DNA of 32,000 bases from Planctomycetales bacterium. Lineage in GTDB: Bacteria > 4484-113 > JAFGCY01. The DNA lies in assembly GCA_022646745.1 (NCBI GenBank), contig CP060262.1, forward strand, positions 480,001 to 512,000, in the 5' to 3' direction. Below the pieces are notes generated by a model that was not told the origin of the DNA, made no database searches, and saw only the letters and a program-made list of their open reading frames with translations. Position 1 is the stretch's first letter, and each line of letters begins with the position of its first letter. This document shows positions 16,494 through 23,804 of the stretch, piece by piece. Both the position numbers and the translations under genes were made by a program.

Positions 16494-17855
16494 ATGTCCC
16501 GCAAACCGCCAAACAACAGGCCCGACAGCGATGAACTGGCCCATCCCCTGCTGCTGGCGACAGCCCAGCGAAACCGCCTCCGCCTTCTGCTTGCAGGCGG
16601 AGGATTCCTTGTCCTGTGGCTGCTTGGGTCAATCCTGCTGCTGGCTGCGCCCCGCCCAAGATTGCTGCCCGCTGGCAAACTTGGCCCAGTGCTGCCGGTT
16701 GGCTTTTCCGCCGTTGAGCTGCTGGACTGCGGGGAAGGTGCTGCAGTGCTGGACAGCGACCTTGCGCTGCACTGCTTCGGGGCGAATCCGCCGCGATACA
16801 AGCGGATCGATGACCCGCAGATGGATATAGCAGGCAACTACACCGCCTGGCCCGGACATGGATATGTTGCCTGCAATCTCGATGGCATCATCAACCTTCT
16901 CTCAGCCGACGGGCAGGTGCTCTGGACACGCAGCCTGCTTCCAGACTTCAGGTTGTCCGGCATCCCGTTCCTGATCAAGCCTGTTCCTGGCAATGACGGC
17001 CAGCTTTATGTGTTCACCGGCGGCGGATACTGCTATGTCTATGACAAGGATGGCAACCCGCAGGACAGCTGCTTCCTGCTTGAGGAGATGGACCTGGCCG
17101 GACCGCTGCTGGCAACCAGTGCGCATGAGATCTACTTCACGGACAAGGCAGGCGACATCTGGCATGCCCAGCCGCCTGGGCCGGAGAATGTTGAGTGGCA
17201 GGCAACGAGGCTGAACCCGGTACTGCAGCAGGGGGATGCCGGCCTGGTTTCCGAGGGTACGGTGCGCAGCATCCTGCACAGCGAGGACGACCCCAGCCAG
17301 CTCGTGGAACAGGTCCAGCCGATGGTGCTGATCACTTCAATGGACCGCCACGGGCAGCGCTTCTTCTGGCATGGGCCGCAGGGTGTTGACATCAACCAGT
17401 TCAGCAGCAGCGAACGGATCGTCAGGCATGCCCTGATCCCGGATGACAACCTTGTGGTTGTCAGTGATTCAAGCGGCCTCAACCGCTTCTACACTGACCG
17501 TTCCGGTCCATCCGTGCACTTCGAATACACTGACATGCGCCGGCCGCTGGGGGAATTCAGGATGCAGGCAAGTCCTGACAGTTATACGATCCTGCTGCAG
17601 GCCAGCCGCTTCGAAAGTGGACGGGTAATGCGCTCCATCGAACAGGCAGTGGCGCGCTGGCCGGTACTGCTGTGGCTGACAAGGCGCAACTGCGGCGGAC
17701 TGCTCGTGCATGACTATGTCCTGCGCCGGGACCACATGCTCAGCCTGCCGAATGGTGCGGAGATGCTGTGCTGGCCGGATGGGGATGGCTACTTCCTGCT
17801 GCTGTGTCCGGTTGCGGGCGGGCAGCAGGTGGAACGCTTCAGGATCAGCTACTGA
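16494..17855 (+). CDS. Hypothetical membrane-anchored protein (one N-terminal TM helix; beta-rich, possibly propeller-like ectodomain)
   Basis: The 453-aa ORF has a coding-like G/C third-position bias. Charged N-terminus, then LLLAGGGFLVLWLLGSILLLAA. Segments such as LSADGQVLWTRSL and GQLYVFTGGGYCYVYDKDGNP resemble PQQ-like strands. No family-defining motif recognised. Confidence 0.7.
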   Translation: MSRKPPNNRPDSDELAHPLLLATAQRNRLRLLLAGGGFLVLWLLGSILLLAAPRPRLLPAGKLGPVLPVGFSAVELLDCGEGAAVLDSDLALHCFGANPPRYKRIDDPQMDIAGNYTAWPGHGYVACNLDGIINLLSADGQVLWTRSLLPDFRLSGIPFLIKPVPGNDGQLYVFTGGGYCYVYDKDGNPQDSCFLLEEMDLAGPLLATSAHEIYFTDKAGDIWHAQPPGPENVEWQATRLNPVLQQGDAGLVSEGTVRSILHSEDDPSQLVEQVQPMVLITSMDRHGQRFFWHGPQGVDINQFSSSERIVRHALIPDDNLVVVSDSSGLNRFYTDRSGPSVHFEYTDMRRPLGEFRMQASPDSYTILLQASRFESGRVMRSIEQAVARWPVLLWLTRRNCGGLLVHDYVLRRDHMLSLPNGAEMLCWPDGDGYFLLLCPVAGGQQVERFRISY

Positions 17856-17870
17856 GGCTGCGCCGGCTGC

Positions 17871-18641
17871 TCAGAAGACTTCCCAGGGGTCACTGGGGTT
17901 GACAACGTCAAGCACGATTGACAATGCAGCCTCTTCGCTGATCTCTCGGTAGGGCGGCAGGTCAAGCTCCGGGTCGTTCACGATGTAGACCGGCGTGCCG
18001 ACCTTGATGCGGCTGTACAGGTCCTTGGCGTACTCGCGGCTGAGGCGCACGCAGCCATGGCTGGCAACACTGCCGAGCTTGCGCTCGTAGCTTGAACCCT
18101 CAAGGCCATGCATGCCGTAGGCACCGTCAGAGGTCAGGCCCATCCAGTGCAGCATCCAGCTCTCGTACTTCTTGGAGTAGGCCTTCTTGGCCTGGTTGAC
18201 GACCTTGTACTCACCGAGTGGAGTGTCATAGCCGTGGGCCCCGCTGGAGATCTTCTGCTCATTGAGCTTCTCACCGTTGATGTTGCATTCGTAGATGGTC
18301 TGGGTGGCAAGGTTGACGATCAGGTGGTCCAGCACCGTGCGGTTGTTGGCAACCAGTACCTGCACGAGGTCGCTGACATCGCTTTCACCCTCAGCAAACA
18401 GGTCGCTGACGATCTTCTGGGCACGCGTCTGGTAGCCGCTGGCGCCGTCGAAGTCCGGCAATCCGGGCAGGAAACGGTCGGACAGCAGCGCCTGGCTGTA
18501 GCTGACGGCGCGGTTGATGCCGTTTCCATGGGAGGCCGGGACTTCCTCAGTTTCAGATTCCTGGGCGAAGGCGGCACTGATGGCGAACAGCACAAGCAGC
18601 AGCGCTGCCAGTACGGCGGTGAAGGTCGTGCGGCTGGTCAT
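17871..18641 (-). CDS. L,D-transpeptidase (YkuD-family catalytic domain), secreted
   Basis: Catalytic motif GMHGLEGSSYERKLGSVASHGCVRLS (His ... SHGC-V-R). ATG 18641 gives the signal peptide MTSRTTFTAVLAALLLVLFAISAAFAQ. The ORF is open further to 18704, but that extension is not signal-like. Confidence 0.9.
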   Translation of the reverse strand: MTSRTTFTAVLAALLLVLFAISAAFAQESETEEVPASHGNGINRAVSYSQALLSDRFLPGLPDFDGASGYQTRAQKIVSDLFAEGESDVSDLVQVLVANNRTVLDHLIVNLATQTIYECNINGEKLNEQKISSGAHGYDTPLGEYKVVNQAKKAYSKKYESWMLHWMGLTSDGAYGMHGLEGSSYERKLGSVASHGCVRLSREYAKDLYSRIKVGTPVYIVNDPELDLPPYREISEEAALSIVLDVVNPSDPWEVF

Positions 18642-18760
18642 CTTGATCTCAACCTCTCGAGAATTGCTCACAGCGTCAAATATCACTGCTCCACAGGGGA
18701 GCACCCAACAATTATACCCAAGCAGGCATCCCGCCCACCGAATTCGGCAGTAAGGAAACG

Positions 18761-18781
18761 GGGGAGGGCCTGGCCCTCCCC
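18761..18781 (-). terminator. GC-rich palindromic hairpin after the MocR-lipoprotein transcription unit
   Basis: GGGGAGGGCC (18761-18770) and GGCCCTCCCC (18772-18781) form a perfect 10-nt inverted repeat 36 nt downstream of the stop at 18817. On the minus strand it is followed by CGTTTCCTT, a weak U-tract. Confidence 0.5.
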
Positions 18782-18816
18782 CTGCGCGCTATGGATTTGC
18801 ACGGTCATAGCCCCGT

Positions 18817-19728
18817 CTAATGCCTTGATGATACGTCAGACTGCGCCCTTGCGTCAATCTCCAGTGCCCGCAGGATGCCATCATCCCCGATGTAGCCACT
18901 GGCGGTACAGGCATCGCCGGGCTGCAGCTCGGCAGGCCGCGCTGGCTGTCCATTCCTTGTGATGCTGGTCAGCTCGCTGATCCGGATGCTCAGGCCTGTG
19001 TTGAGCAGGACCGCATGCTCCGCGGGAACCGTCTGCATGATTGATCCTTCCCGGGTCAGCACTGCTCGATCCTTCGCCTGGTCCGTCACGATTTCTCGGT
19101 AGTCATCTCCCAGTCCATCGCGATCACTATCCGGGAAGCTGTCCTCGTCGCTGAAGTCGTCATCCAGGTCGCGGTCATCCTGCAGCATGCTGTCCGCCCA
19201 GCGGATGCGCAGGTGCCGTGTCGTGGCACCCGGTCCGCTGATTGTGTAGCGCAGCCGCACGAACCAGGGACGCCCAGCCTGGGATGCGGCCTTGCTGGCC
19301 AGTGCGGCCTCCTGTTCGAACTGCACCTCAACGGATACGCTCGTCTGCTGGCCCTGCTCGATGCTGAGCGGGATGTTCAGCGTGACCGCCGTGCTGGCTG
19401 CGTTACCACCGCTGAGGTCCTCCTCCGGCATGAGCGCAAGCTGCAGCAGCTGAGCGGTGCCGGGCGGGACGCTGGTGACATTCATCAGTCCGCCCGTGGT
19501 TTCGATCTCGATGGAGTCGATGTCCTCGATGTTTTCAATCAGCCGTGTGCCGATCTTGCCGCTGCCGGGCAGTTCCGCCAGTTCGCTGCCACCGACCGTG
19601 ATGCTGCCCGCCAGCGTGCCATTGCCTGACTGCTGCTGCTTGGCCAGTTCCGTCCCGCCGCCACAGCCTGCCAAGAGCATTGCCAGCAGGAAAATTGCCA
19701 ACCCCATGTTGTTCCATCTGTATTGCAT
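18817..19728 (-). CDS. Lipoprotein of unknown function with acidic Asp-rich (Ca-binding-like) stretch
   Basis: ATG 19728 has AAGGAG 6 nt upstream and gives MQYRWNNMGLAIFLLAMLLAGCGGG, a canonical lipobox. An upstream in-frame ATG at 19743 overlaps the MocR stop (TAATG). Contains DDRDLDDDFSDEDSFPDSDRDGLGDDY. The C-terminal ~70 aa resemble small beta-barrel DUF5666-type domains (weak call). Confidence 0.7.
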   Translation of the reverse strand: MQYRWNNMGLAIFLLAMLLAGCGGGTELAKQQQSGNGTLAGSITVGGSELAELPGSGKIGTRLIENIEDIDSIEIETTGGLMNVTSVPPGTAQLLQLALMPEEDLSGGNAASTAVTLNIPLSIEQGQQTSVSVEVQFEQEAALASKAASQAGRPWFVRLRYTISGPGATTRHLRIRWADSMLQDDRDLDDDFSDEDSFPDSDRDGLGDDYREIVTDQAKDRAVLTREGSIMQTVPAEHAVLLNTGLSIRISELTSITRNGQPARPAELQPGDACTASGYIGDDGILRALEIDARAQSDVSSRH

Positions 19729-19742
19729 GTCTCGCTCCTTCA

Positions 19743-21260
19743 TTACTCTGCGAAGTCGGCCCCCTTCTCCACCGGGGTGGAGAGCTTGTCCATCATTTCG
19801 CGGATCACATCCCCGAGGATCCGTGCCCCCTCGTGCAGTTCCTGCTCCGTGGCGCGGCCAAAGCTCAGGCGCAGCTCGCTGGAATCCTCACGCTCCGGGC
19901 TGAAGAAGTTCGCCGTCGCGAATTCCAGCCCGTGTGGCAGGCAGGCTTCCAGCAGCGGGATGCTCTTGATCTGCCGCGGCAGCCTGACCCAGACCGACAG
20001 CCCGCCACTGGGTCGCACCCAGCTGACCTCCGGCGGCATGTGCTGCTTCAGACCGTCCAGCAGCGCCAGCCGGCGCTGGTTGTAGACCTTGATGGTCTTT
20101 CGCAGGTGCTTGTCAAAGTAGCCGCGTGAGATGAACTCATGCAGCATCACCTGCAGGAACCAGCTGTCGCCCTTGTCGGCGGCGAACTTGGCGCGCAGCG
20201 CGGTGACGGCGATCTCACCCGGCAGGGTGATCCAGCCGATGCGCAGGCCCGGCAGGAAGGTCTTCGAGAAGCTGCCGACGTGGATCACATAGCCGCCGCT
20301 GTCCAGCGCCTTGAGCGGTGGCACGGCATTGCCTTCATAGCGCAGCGCCCGGCCCCAGTCGTCCTCGATGATCGGCACGCGGTGCTGGGCCGCCAGGCGC
20401 AGCAGGTGCTCCCGCCGCTCGTTGGCAAGCACGGTACCGGTCGGGTTGTGGTAGGTCGGGATGGTGATGATCGCCTTGATGCGCTCCTTGCGCAGCAGCA
20501 CGGAGAGGTACTCCGTATCCATCCCGGCTCCATCCACCGGCACGCCGACGCACTGGATGCCCTTCACGATCAGCAGGTTGAGGATGCTGGCATAAGTCGG
20601 GGTCTCGACCGCCACCATCTCACCGCGGGCCGCCAGCAGGTCGAGGATCATTGACAAGGCGCGCTGGAAGCCGCCGGAAATGATCACCTCGTTGACTCCG
20701 GGGCGCATGTCGACGCCGGCCAGCGCCATCTCGCGCTCCAGCCATTCCACCAGCGGCTGGTAGCCCTGCGGGTGGCTGCGGTCAAAGAACATCTCCTTCG
20801 GATACCAGAGCATGTTGGTGGCAACCTGCTTGATGCGTTCGAAGGGGAACAGCGAAGGGTCCGGCTGCGCAAGCGAGAGCTTGTAGGGATGCTCCTCACC
20901 GGCCTTGATCGTGAACTGGCCGAAGCGGGTGTCGAACTTGTAGGGTTGCCAGATCATCGGCGGCAGTTCCGCCATGCCCTGGTTGAGTTCCTCGGGGTCA
21001 ACGCTGAACACGAGGCCCGCCGGACGGTCGGAGACGAAGGTGCCACTGCCCTGCCGGGTGTCCAGCACTCCATTCGCCACCAGTTCGTCGTAGGCCTGTC
21101 TCACGGTCTTGATCCCCACTCCGAGGTCACGGGCAAGCTGGCGCACACTTGGCAGTGAAGCGCCCGGCGGCAGCTCACCGCTCTTCACCCAGTTGGTGAT
21201 GGTTTCGATGATCTGCCGGTACAGCGGCTGCTTGCTTTCGCGATCAAGGATGATGTTCAC
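19743..21260 (-). CDS. MocR/PdxR/GabR-family transcriptional regulator (GntR wHTH fused to class-I aminotransferase-like PLP domain)
   Basis: N-terminal LDRESKQPLYRQI...LPSVRQLARDLGVGIKTVRQAYDELVANGVLDTRQGSGTFV (GntR HTH), a long linker, then an aminotransferase fold with PTYHNPTG and the PLP-lysine motif SFSKTFLPGLRIGW. Best start is GTG 21260 (MNIILDRES...). The ORF is open to TTG 21305. Confidence 0.9.
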   Translation of the reverse strand: MNIILDRESKQPLYRQIIETITNWVKSGELPPGASLPSVRQLARDLGVGIKTVRQAYDELVANGVLDTRQGSGTFVSDRPAGLVFSVDPEELNQGMAELPPMIWQPYKFDTRFGQFTIKAGEEHPYKLSLAQPDPSLFPFERIKQVATNMLWYPKEMFFDRSHPQGYQPLVEWLEREMALAGVDMRPGVNEVIISGGFQRALSMILDLLAARGEMVAVETPTYASILNLLIVKGIQCVGVPVDGAGMDTEYLSVLLRKERIKAIITIPTYHNPTGTVLANERREHLLRLAAQHRVPIIEDDWGRALRYEGNAVPPLKALDSGGYVIHVGSFSKTFLPGLRIGWITLPGEIAVTALRAKFAADKGDSWFLQVMLHEFISRGYFDKHLRKTIKVYNQRRLALLDGLKQHMPPEVSWVRPSGGLSVWVRLPRQIKSIPLLEACLPHGLEFATANFFSPEREDSSELRLSFGRATEQELHEGARILGDVIREMMDKLSTPVEKGADFAE

Positions 21261-21332
21261 TCTTGTTCCCGCTTCATTTCTAAGATACCCATGCCGGACA
21301 GGCAATCAGGAGCGCAATTGTGTCCCAATCAC

Positions 21333-21376
21333 GGGGTCACAGTCAGTATAACTGAGATTCAGAACAGGGGCACAGT
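21333..21376. promoter_or_regulatory. Direct repeat GGGG(T)CACAGT x2 flanking a -10-like hexamer upstream of the MocR gene (candidate autoregulatory operator)
   Basis: GGGGTCACAGT at 21333-21343 and GGGGCACAGT at 21367-21376, 34 bp start to start. Between them the minus strand reads TATACT (21345-21350). A degenerate inverted copy TGTGTCCC lies at 21320-21327. Confidence 0.35.
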
Positions 21377-21400
21377 GTATCAAGGAAGGCCGGGATGAGG

Positions 21401-22081
21401 TCAGAGGATGTATGGAATCAGCCTGTGGCGCACCCGCTTGACGTAATCCGCGTAGCCGGGCAACTGCTGGCAGAGCAGCTTTTCTTCCTGCACGGCACGC
21501 AGGTAGAGGACCACAATTCCGGCAATACCTGCCAGCAGGCCCCATGAGGATGAGAGCAGCAGTGCAGCCCCTGGCAGCAGGCAGAGTACTCCTGCGTACA
21601 TCGGGTGCCGCACGACGGAGTAGAGTCCCGTGTCCACCAGCTGGTGCCCGCGCTCGGACTGGATGCGGACCACGGTGGACAGGTAGCTGTTCTGTGCGAA
21701 GCAGACAAGGATGACCACGCAACCGGCCAGAGCCAGCAGTCCACCGCCGGCCTGCAGCCATGGATGAAGGACTACGTCCGGCTGCAGCCTGTGCTGCAGC
21801 GGCATCAGGAAGTACCAGGCTCCATAGCAGGCTAAGAACAGCAGCAGCAGGATACGGTCCATGAGCGGCTGGCCTGCCCTGAGCATCGGTTTCATACGCT
21901 CCGCCAGCAGGCCCGGGTCACGGCGCAATACGACGAGATTGGCAACGACGGTCGCGGCCAGCAGGCCCCACAGCAGCCAGCCCTGCAGCCAGTGCGCATC
22001 AGCAGACAGCACGAACAGCAGCAGGTACAGCACCGCGAAGGCCAGCAGCAGCCTGATCGTCGCCTTGGCGAAGATGCCCAT
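21401..22081 (-). CDS. Isoprenylcysteine carboxyl methyltransferase (ICMT)/phospholipid methyltransferase-like membrane protein
   Basis: Multi-TM protein with the family motif LVDTGLYSVVRHPMYAGVL ... LRAVQEEKLL...GYADYVKRVRHRLIPYI. Confidence 0.85.
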   Translation of the reverse strand: MGIFAKATIRLLLAFAVLYLLLFVLSADAHWLQGWLLWGLLAATVVANLVVLRRDPGLLAERMKPMLRAGQPLMDRILLLLFLACYGAWYFLMPLQHRLQPDVVLHPWLQAGGGLLALAGCVVILVCFAQNSYLSTVVRIQSERGHQLVDTGLYSVVRHPMYAGVLCLLPGAALLLSSSWGLLAGIAGIVVLYLRAVQEEKLLCQQLPGYADYVKRVRHRLIPYIL

Positions 22082-22119
22082 TGCAGGATTGATTCTAGTG
22101 GCGGGGGAGTTCGGGAGGG

Positions 22120-22171
22120 AAAAAAATGGCGGGGGGTTTGGGATGGGATGGGATGATGGAGGCCCCCCGCC
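22120..22171 (-). terminator. Orphan intrinsic-terminator-like element on the minus strand
   Basis: The minus strand reads GGCGGGGGG (22171-22163), a 26-nt loop, CCCCCCGCC (22136-22128), then A + TTTTTTT (22127-22120). This is a 9-bp G/C stem directly followed by a 7-U tract. No annotated minus-strand CDS lies upstream of it. The ICMT -10 (TAGAAT, 22092-22097) lies just downstream. Confidence 0.4.
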
Positions 22172-22226
22172 TTAATCAGCGTTTGCTCTACACCTACTCA
22201 GACGCAGGCCTGGCAGGCCGGTTACA

Positions 22227-22274
22227 TTGCGAAAGTGAAATCCGCTGAGATCAGCTTTCATTTCGCTTTCGCAA
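22227..22274. repeat. 48-nt near-perfect palindrome / long hairpin
   Basis: TTGCGAAAGTGAAAT (22227-22241) pairs with ATTTCGCTTTCGCAA (22260-22274). There is one mismatch, which is a G-U wobble if transcribed from the plus strand. The spacer holds a nested GCTGA-GA-TCAGC mini-palindrome (22244-22255). Confidence 0.4.
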
Positions 22275-22282
22275 AGATTAAT

Positions 22283-22349
22283 GGGCACAGTTTCTGTTAT
22301 AACTTGCACTGTGGTGGCTGGTTTCGCTTGAAAATGACAAACTGTGCCC
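22283..22349 (+). promoter_or_regulatory. Inverted repeats (CACAGT boxes) bracketing an extended -10-like element upstream of the 22449 lipoprotein gene
   Basis: GGGCACAGTTT (22283-22293) and AAACTGTGCCC (22339-22349) are an 11-bp perfect inverted repeat. An inner ACTGTG at 22308-22313 creates CACAGT-N16-ACTGTG centred on TGtTATAAC (22295-22303), which is close to the TGnTATAAT consensus. Confidence 0.4.
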
Positions 22350-22448
22350 CACAAGAAGGGATACATTCGTGTCTTACGACTGCTGATTGGTGCGGTTACC
22401 ATCCAACTGTGACCAATCAACAGGACCCAGTCCTGGAAGGAGACGGAC

Positions 22449-23690
22449 ATGTATATGCGAAAGGAAGGAAGGGGGCTCCTGCTTCTGATCATCAGCCTTG
22501 CCATGCTGCTTGGCAGCTGTGGCGGAGGGACAAGCTCGAACCCTGATCTCAACACCGCACTGGACCAGCAAGCCCTGGCACCCCAGCTGGAAACTGTCAA
22601 CGAGAAGCTCGACGGCAGCCCGGCTGATGTCAGTGGCCTGCCTGCCCTGCCCGCCGGGCTTGACCCGGTCAAGGGGAGCAGTGCCCTGGATGAGGCACCG
22701 CCCTCCGTGCGTGGCAATGACTACATCAATGCTGCCAATGCCACCGAGACGGACCGCGGCCTGCTGCTGCAGCCGGAGGGCTTCGGACTGGCCTGGGCGC
22801 TGTACGGCATCGACGGCCTCGGTGACTATGACGTGGTCGGGCTGGACCTACAGGCCATGCCACTCGAGGGAGCCGGCGGCTACTTCGTCGCGGTCGGCAA
22901 CTACTCCAACCGCAGCTGGACCATCAGCGGTCCGCATGACGCAGCTTCGAAGGTGCGCCTGCCGCAGGATGCGAGCTTCATCTCGCCGGCCGGCACGCTG
23001 TACTTCGTGGTGTTCACCGTAGACCCGCTCGGTGCCGTGATGCAGTCCGCCAGCGTGATCCTCGATGGCAACACTGACCGCCCGATGCGCCGCAGCCATG
23101 CCCCCTGGGGGCTGGAAGCCTCTGACGGCACGCTTGACAATGGCATCGGCCTGCACTGGAATGCGCCGCACCGCGGGGTGGTGGACCATTACCTGGTGTT
23201 CCGCAGGCTGCAGCCCGATGAAGAGGCCGGCGACGACCAGCTGGAGCGTCGCGGATTCGTGGCCATCGGCCGCACGGCGGAGACCCGCTTCCTCGATGAC
23301 AACGCGAGGCCTGGAGTGCGCTACTTCTACTGCGTGCTCGCCGTGAATGACGCCGGCCGCAGCGCCCACAGCAATGTGGACGGCGGCTGGTGGGGCCAGC
23401 GAGACGGCGAGAATGGCCTGTTCATCATCGGCATCGCCAGCACTGAGGACGGCCGCCCCGTGCCGGGCATCATCGTCAGCCTGGCTGGCACTGACCATGC
23501 CCCGGTGCTGACGAATGACGACGGGAAATTCGTGTTCCGCAACCTCGAGAGCGGGCTGTACACCGTGCACGCCGAAAGCGGCAATGACCGCCTGGTGGTC
23601 AGGCCCGCAAACGTGGATGTTGAACTCGGTGATTCTTCCGTACGCGGGATCCACTTCATCGTGAAACGCGTTTCGGACGTGGTTGACTAG
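22449..23690 (+). CDS. Lipoprotein: uncharacterised N-domain (paralogous to the 910-aa protein) + Fn3 + carboxypeptidase-regulatory-like domain
   Basis: AAGGAG Shine-Dalgarno 6 nt before the ATG. Lipobox LAMLLGSCGGG. aa 104-205 align without gaps to aa 86-187 of the 13465-16197 product (GGYFVAVGNYSNRSW..GP...VRL...SPAGTL versus GGYYLAVANYGSGRW..GP...VRL...SPAGNL). Fn3-like GIGLHWNAP...HYLVFRR...YFYCVLAVNDAGRS. CarboxypepD_reg-like GRPVPGIIVSLAG...TNDDGKFVFRNLESGLYTV. Confidence 0.8.
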   Translation: MYMRKEGRGLLLLIISLAMLLGSCGGGTSSNPDLNTALDQQALAPQLETVNEKLDGSPADVSGLPALPAGLDPVKGSSALDEAPPSVRGNDYINAANATETDRGLLLQPEGFGLAWALYGIDGLGDYDVVGLDLQAMPLEGAGGYFVAVGNYSNRSWTISGPHDAASKVRLPQDASFISPAGTLYFVVFTVDPLGAVMQSASVILDGNTDRPMRRSHAPWGLEASDGTLDNGIGLHWNAPHRGVVDHYLVFRRLQPDEEAGDDQLERRGFVAIGRTAETRFLDDNARPGVRYFYCVLAVNDAGRSAHSNVDGGWWGQRDGENGLFIIGIASTEDGRPVPGIIVSLAGTDHAPVLTNDDGKFVFRNLESGLYTVHAESGNDRLVVRPANVDVELGDSSVRGIHFIVKRVSDVVD

Positions 23691-23745
23691 GATATGGAGG
23701 CCAAGCTGTAAGCTTGGCACGGCCAGCTAGAACTGGCATCAGCAG

Positions 23746-23774
23746 GGGGCTCCCCATGGGGAGCCCCTTTTTTT
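23746..23774 (+). terminator. Rho-independent terminator after the 413-aa lipoprotein gene
   Basis: GGGGCTCCCC (23746-23755), AT, GGGGAGCCCC (23758-23767), followed by TTTTTTT (23768-23774). A second small hairpin, CCAAGCT-GTA-AGCTTGG (23701-23717), lies just after the TAG stop. Confidence 0.8.
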
Positions 23775-23804
23775 GCCCATGCACTGCGATGCTAGACTTG
23801 ACCT

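Noticed and set aside
16231-16837. Minus-strand ORFs of 142 and 133 aa overlapping the divergent promoter region and the start of the 453-aa gene
   Set aside because: They give R/G/A/S/P-rich translations that overlap the better-supported plus-strand mini-TM ORF and the 453-aa CDS. No start context.
18642-18704. 21-codon N-terminal extension of the L,D-transpeptidase ORF (MLPCGAVIFDAVSNSREVEIK)
   Set aside because: The internal ATG at 18641 yields a canonical signal peptide. The extension is not signal-like and overlaps the likely promoter/SD region.
22235-22546. 103-aa Cys/His-rich ORF (MKSAEISFHFAFAKINGHSFCYNLHCGGW...) in the hairpin-rich intergenic region; considered as a small Cys-rich peptide or RiPP precursor
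   Set aside because: It runs about 100 nt out of frame into the well-supported 22449 lipoprotein gene. It has a GTG start without SD, and its codons are dictated by the palindromes it crosses. No maturation or modification genes are nearby. It could only be revived by ribosome-profiling evidence.
22172-22717. 181-aa minus-strand ORF covering the intergenic region and the 5' end of the lipoprotein gene
   Set aside because: It gives an S/P/R-rich, non-protein-like translation that is antisense to a CDS with SD and lipobox. If the minus strand is transcribed here, a non-coding RNA is more plausible; see the findings.
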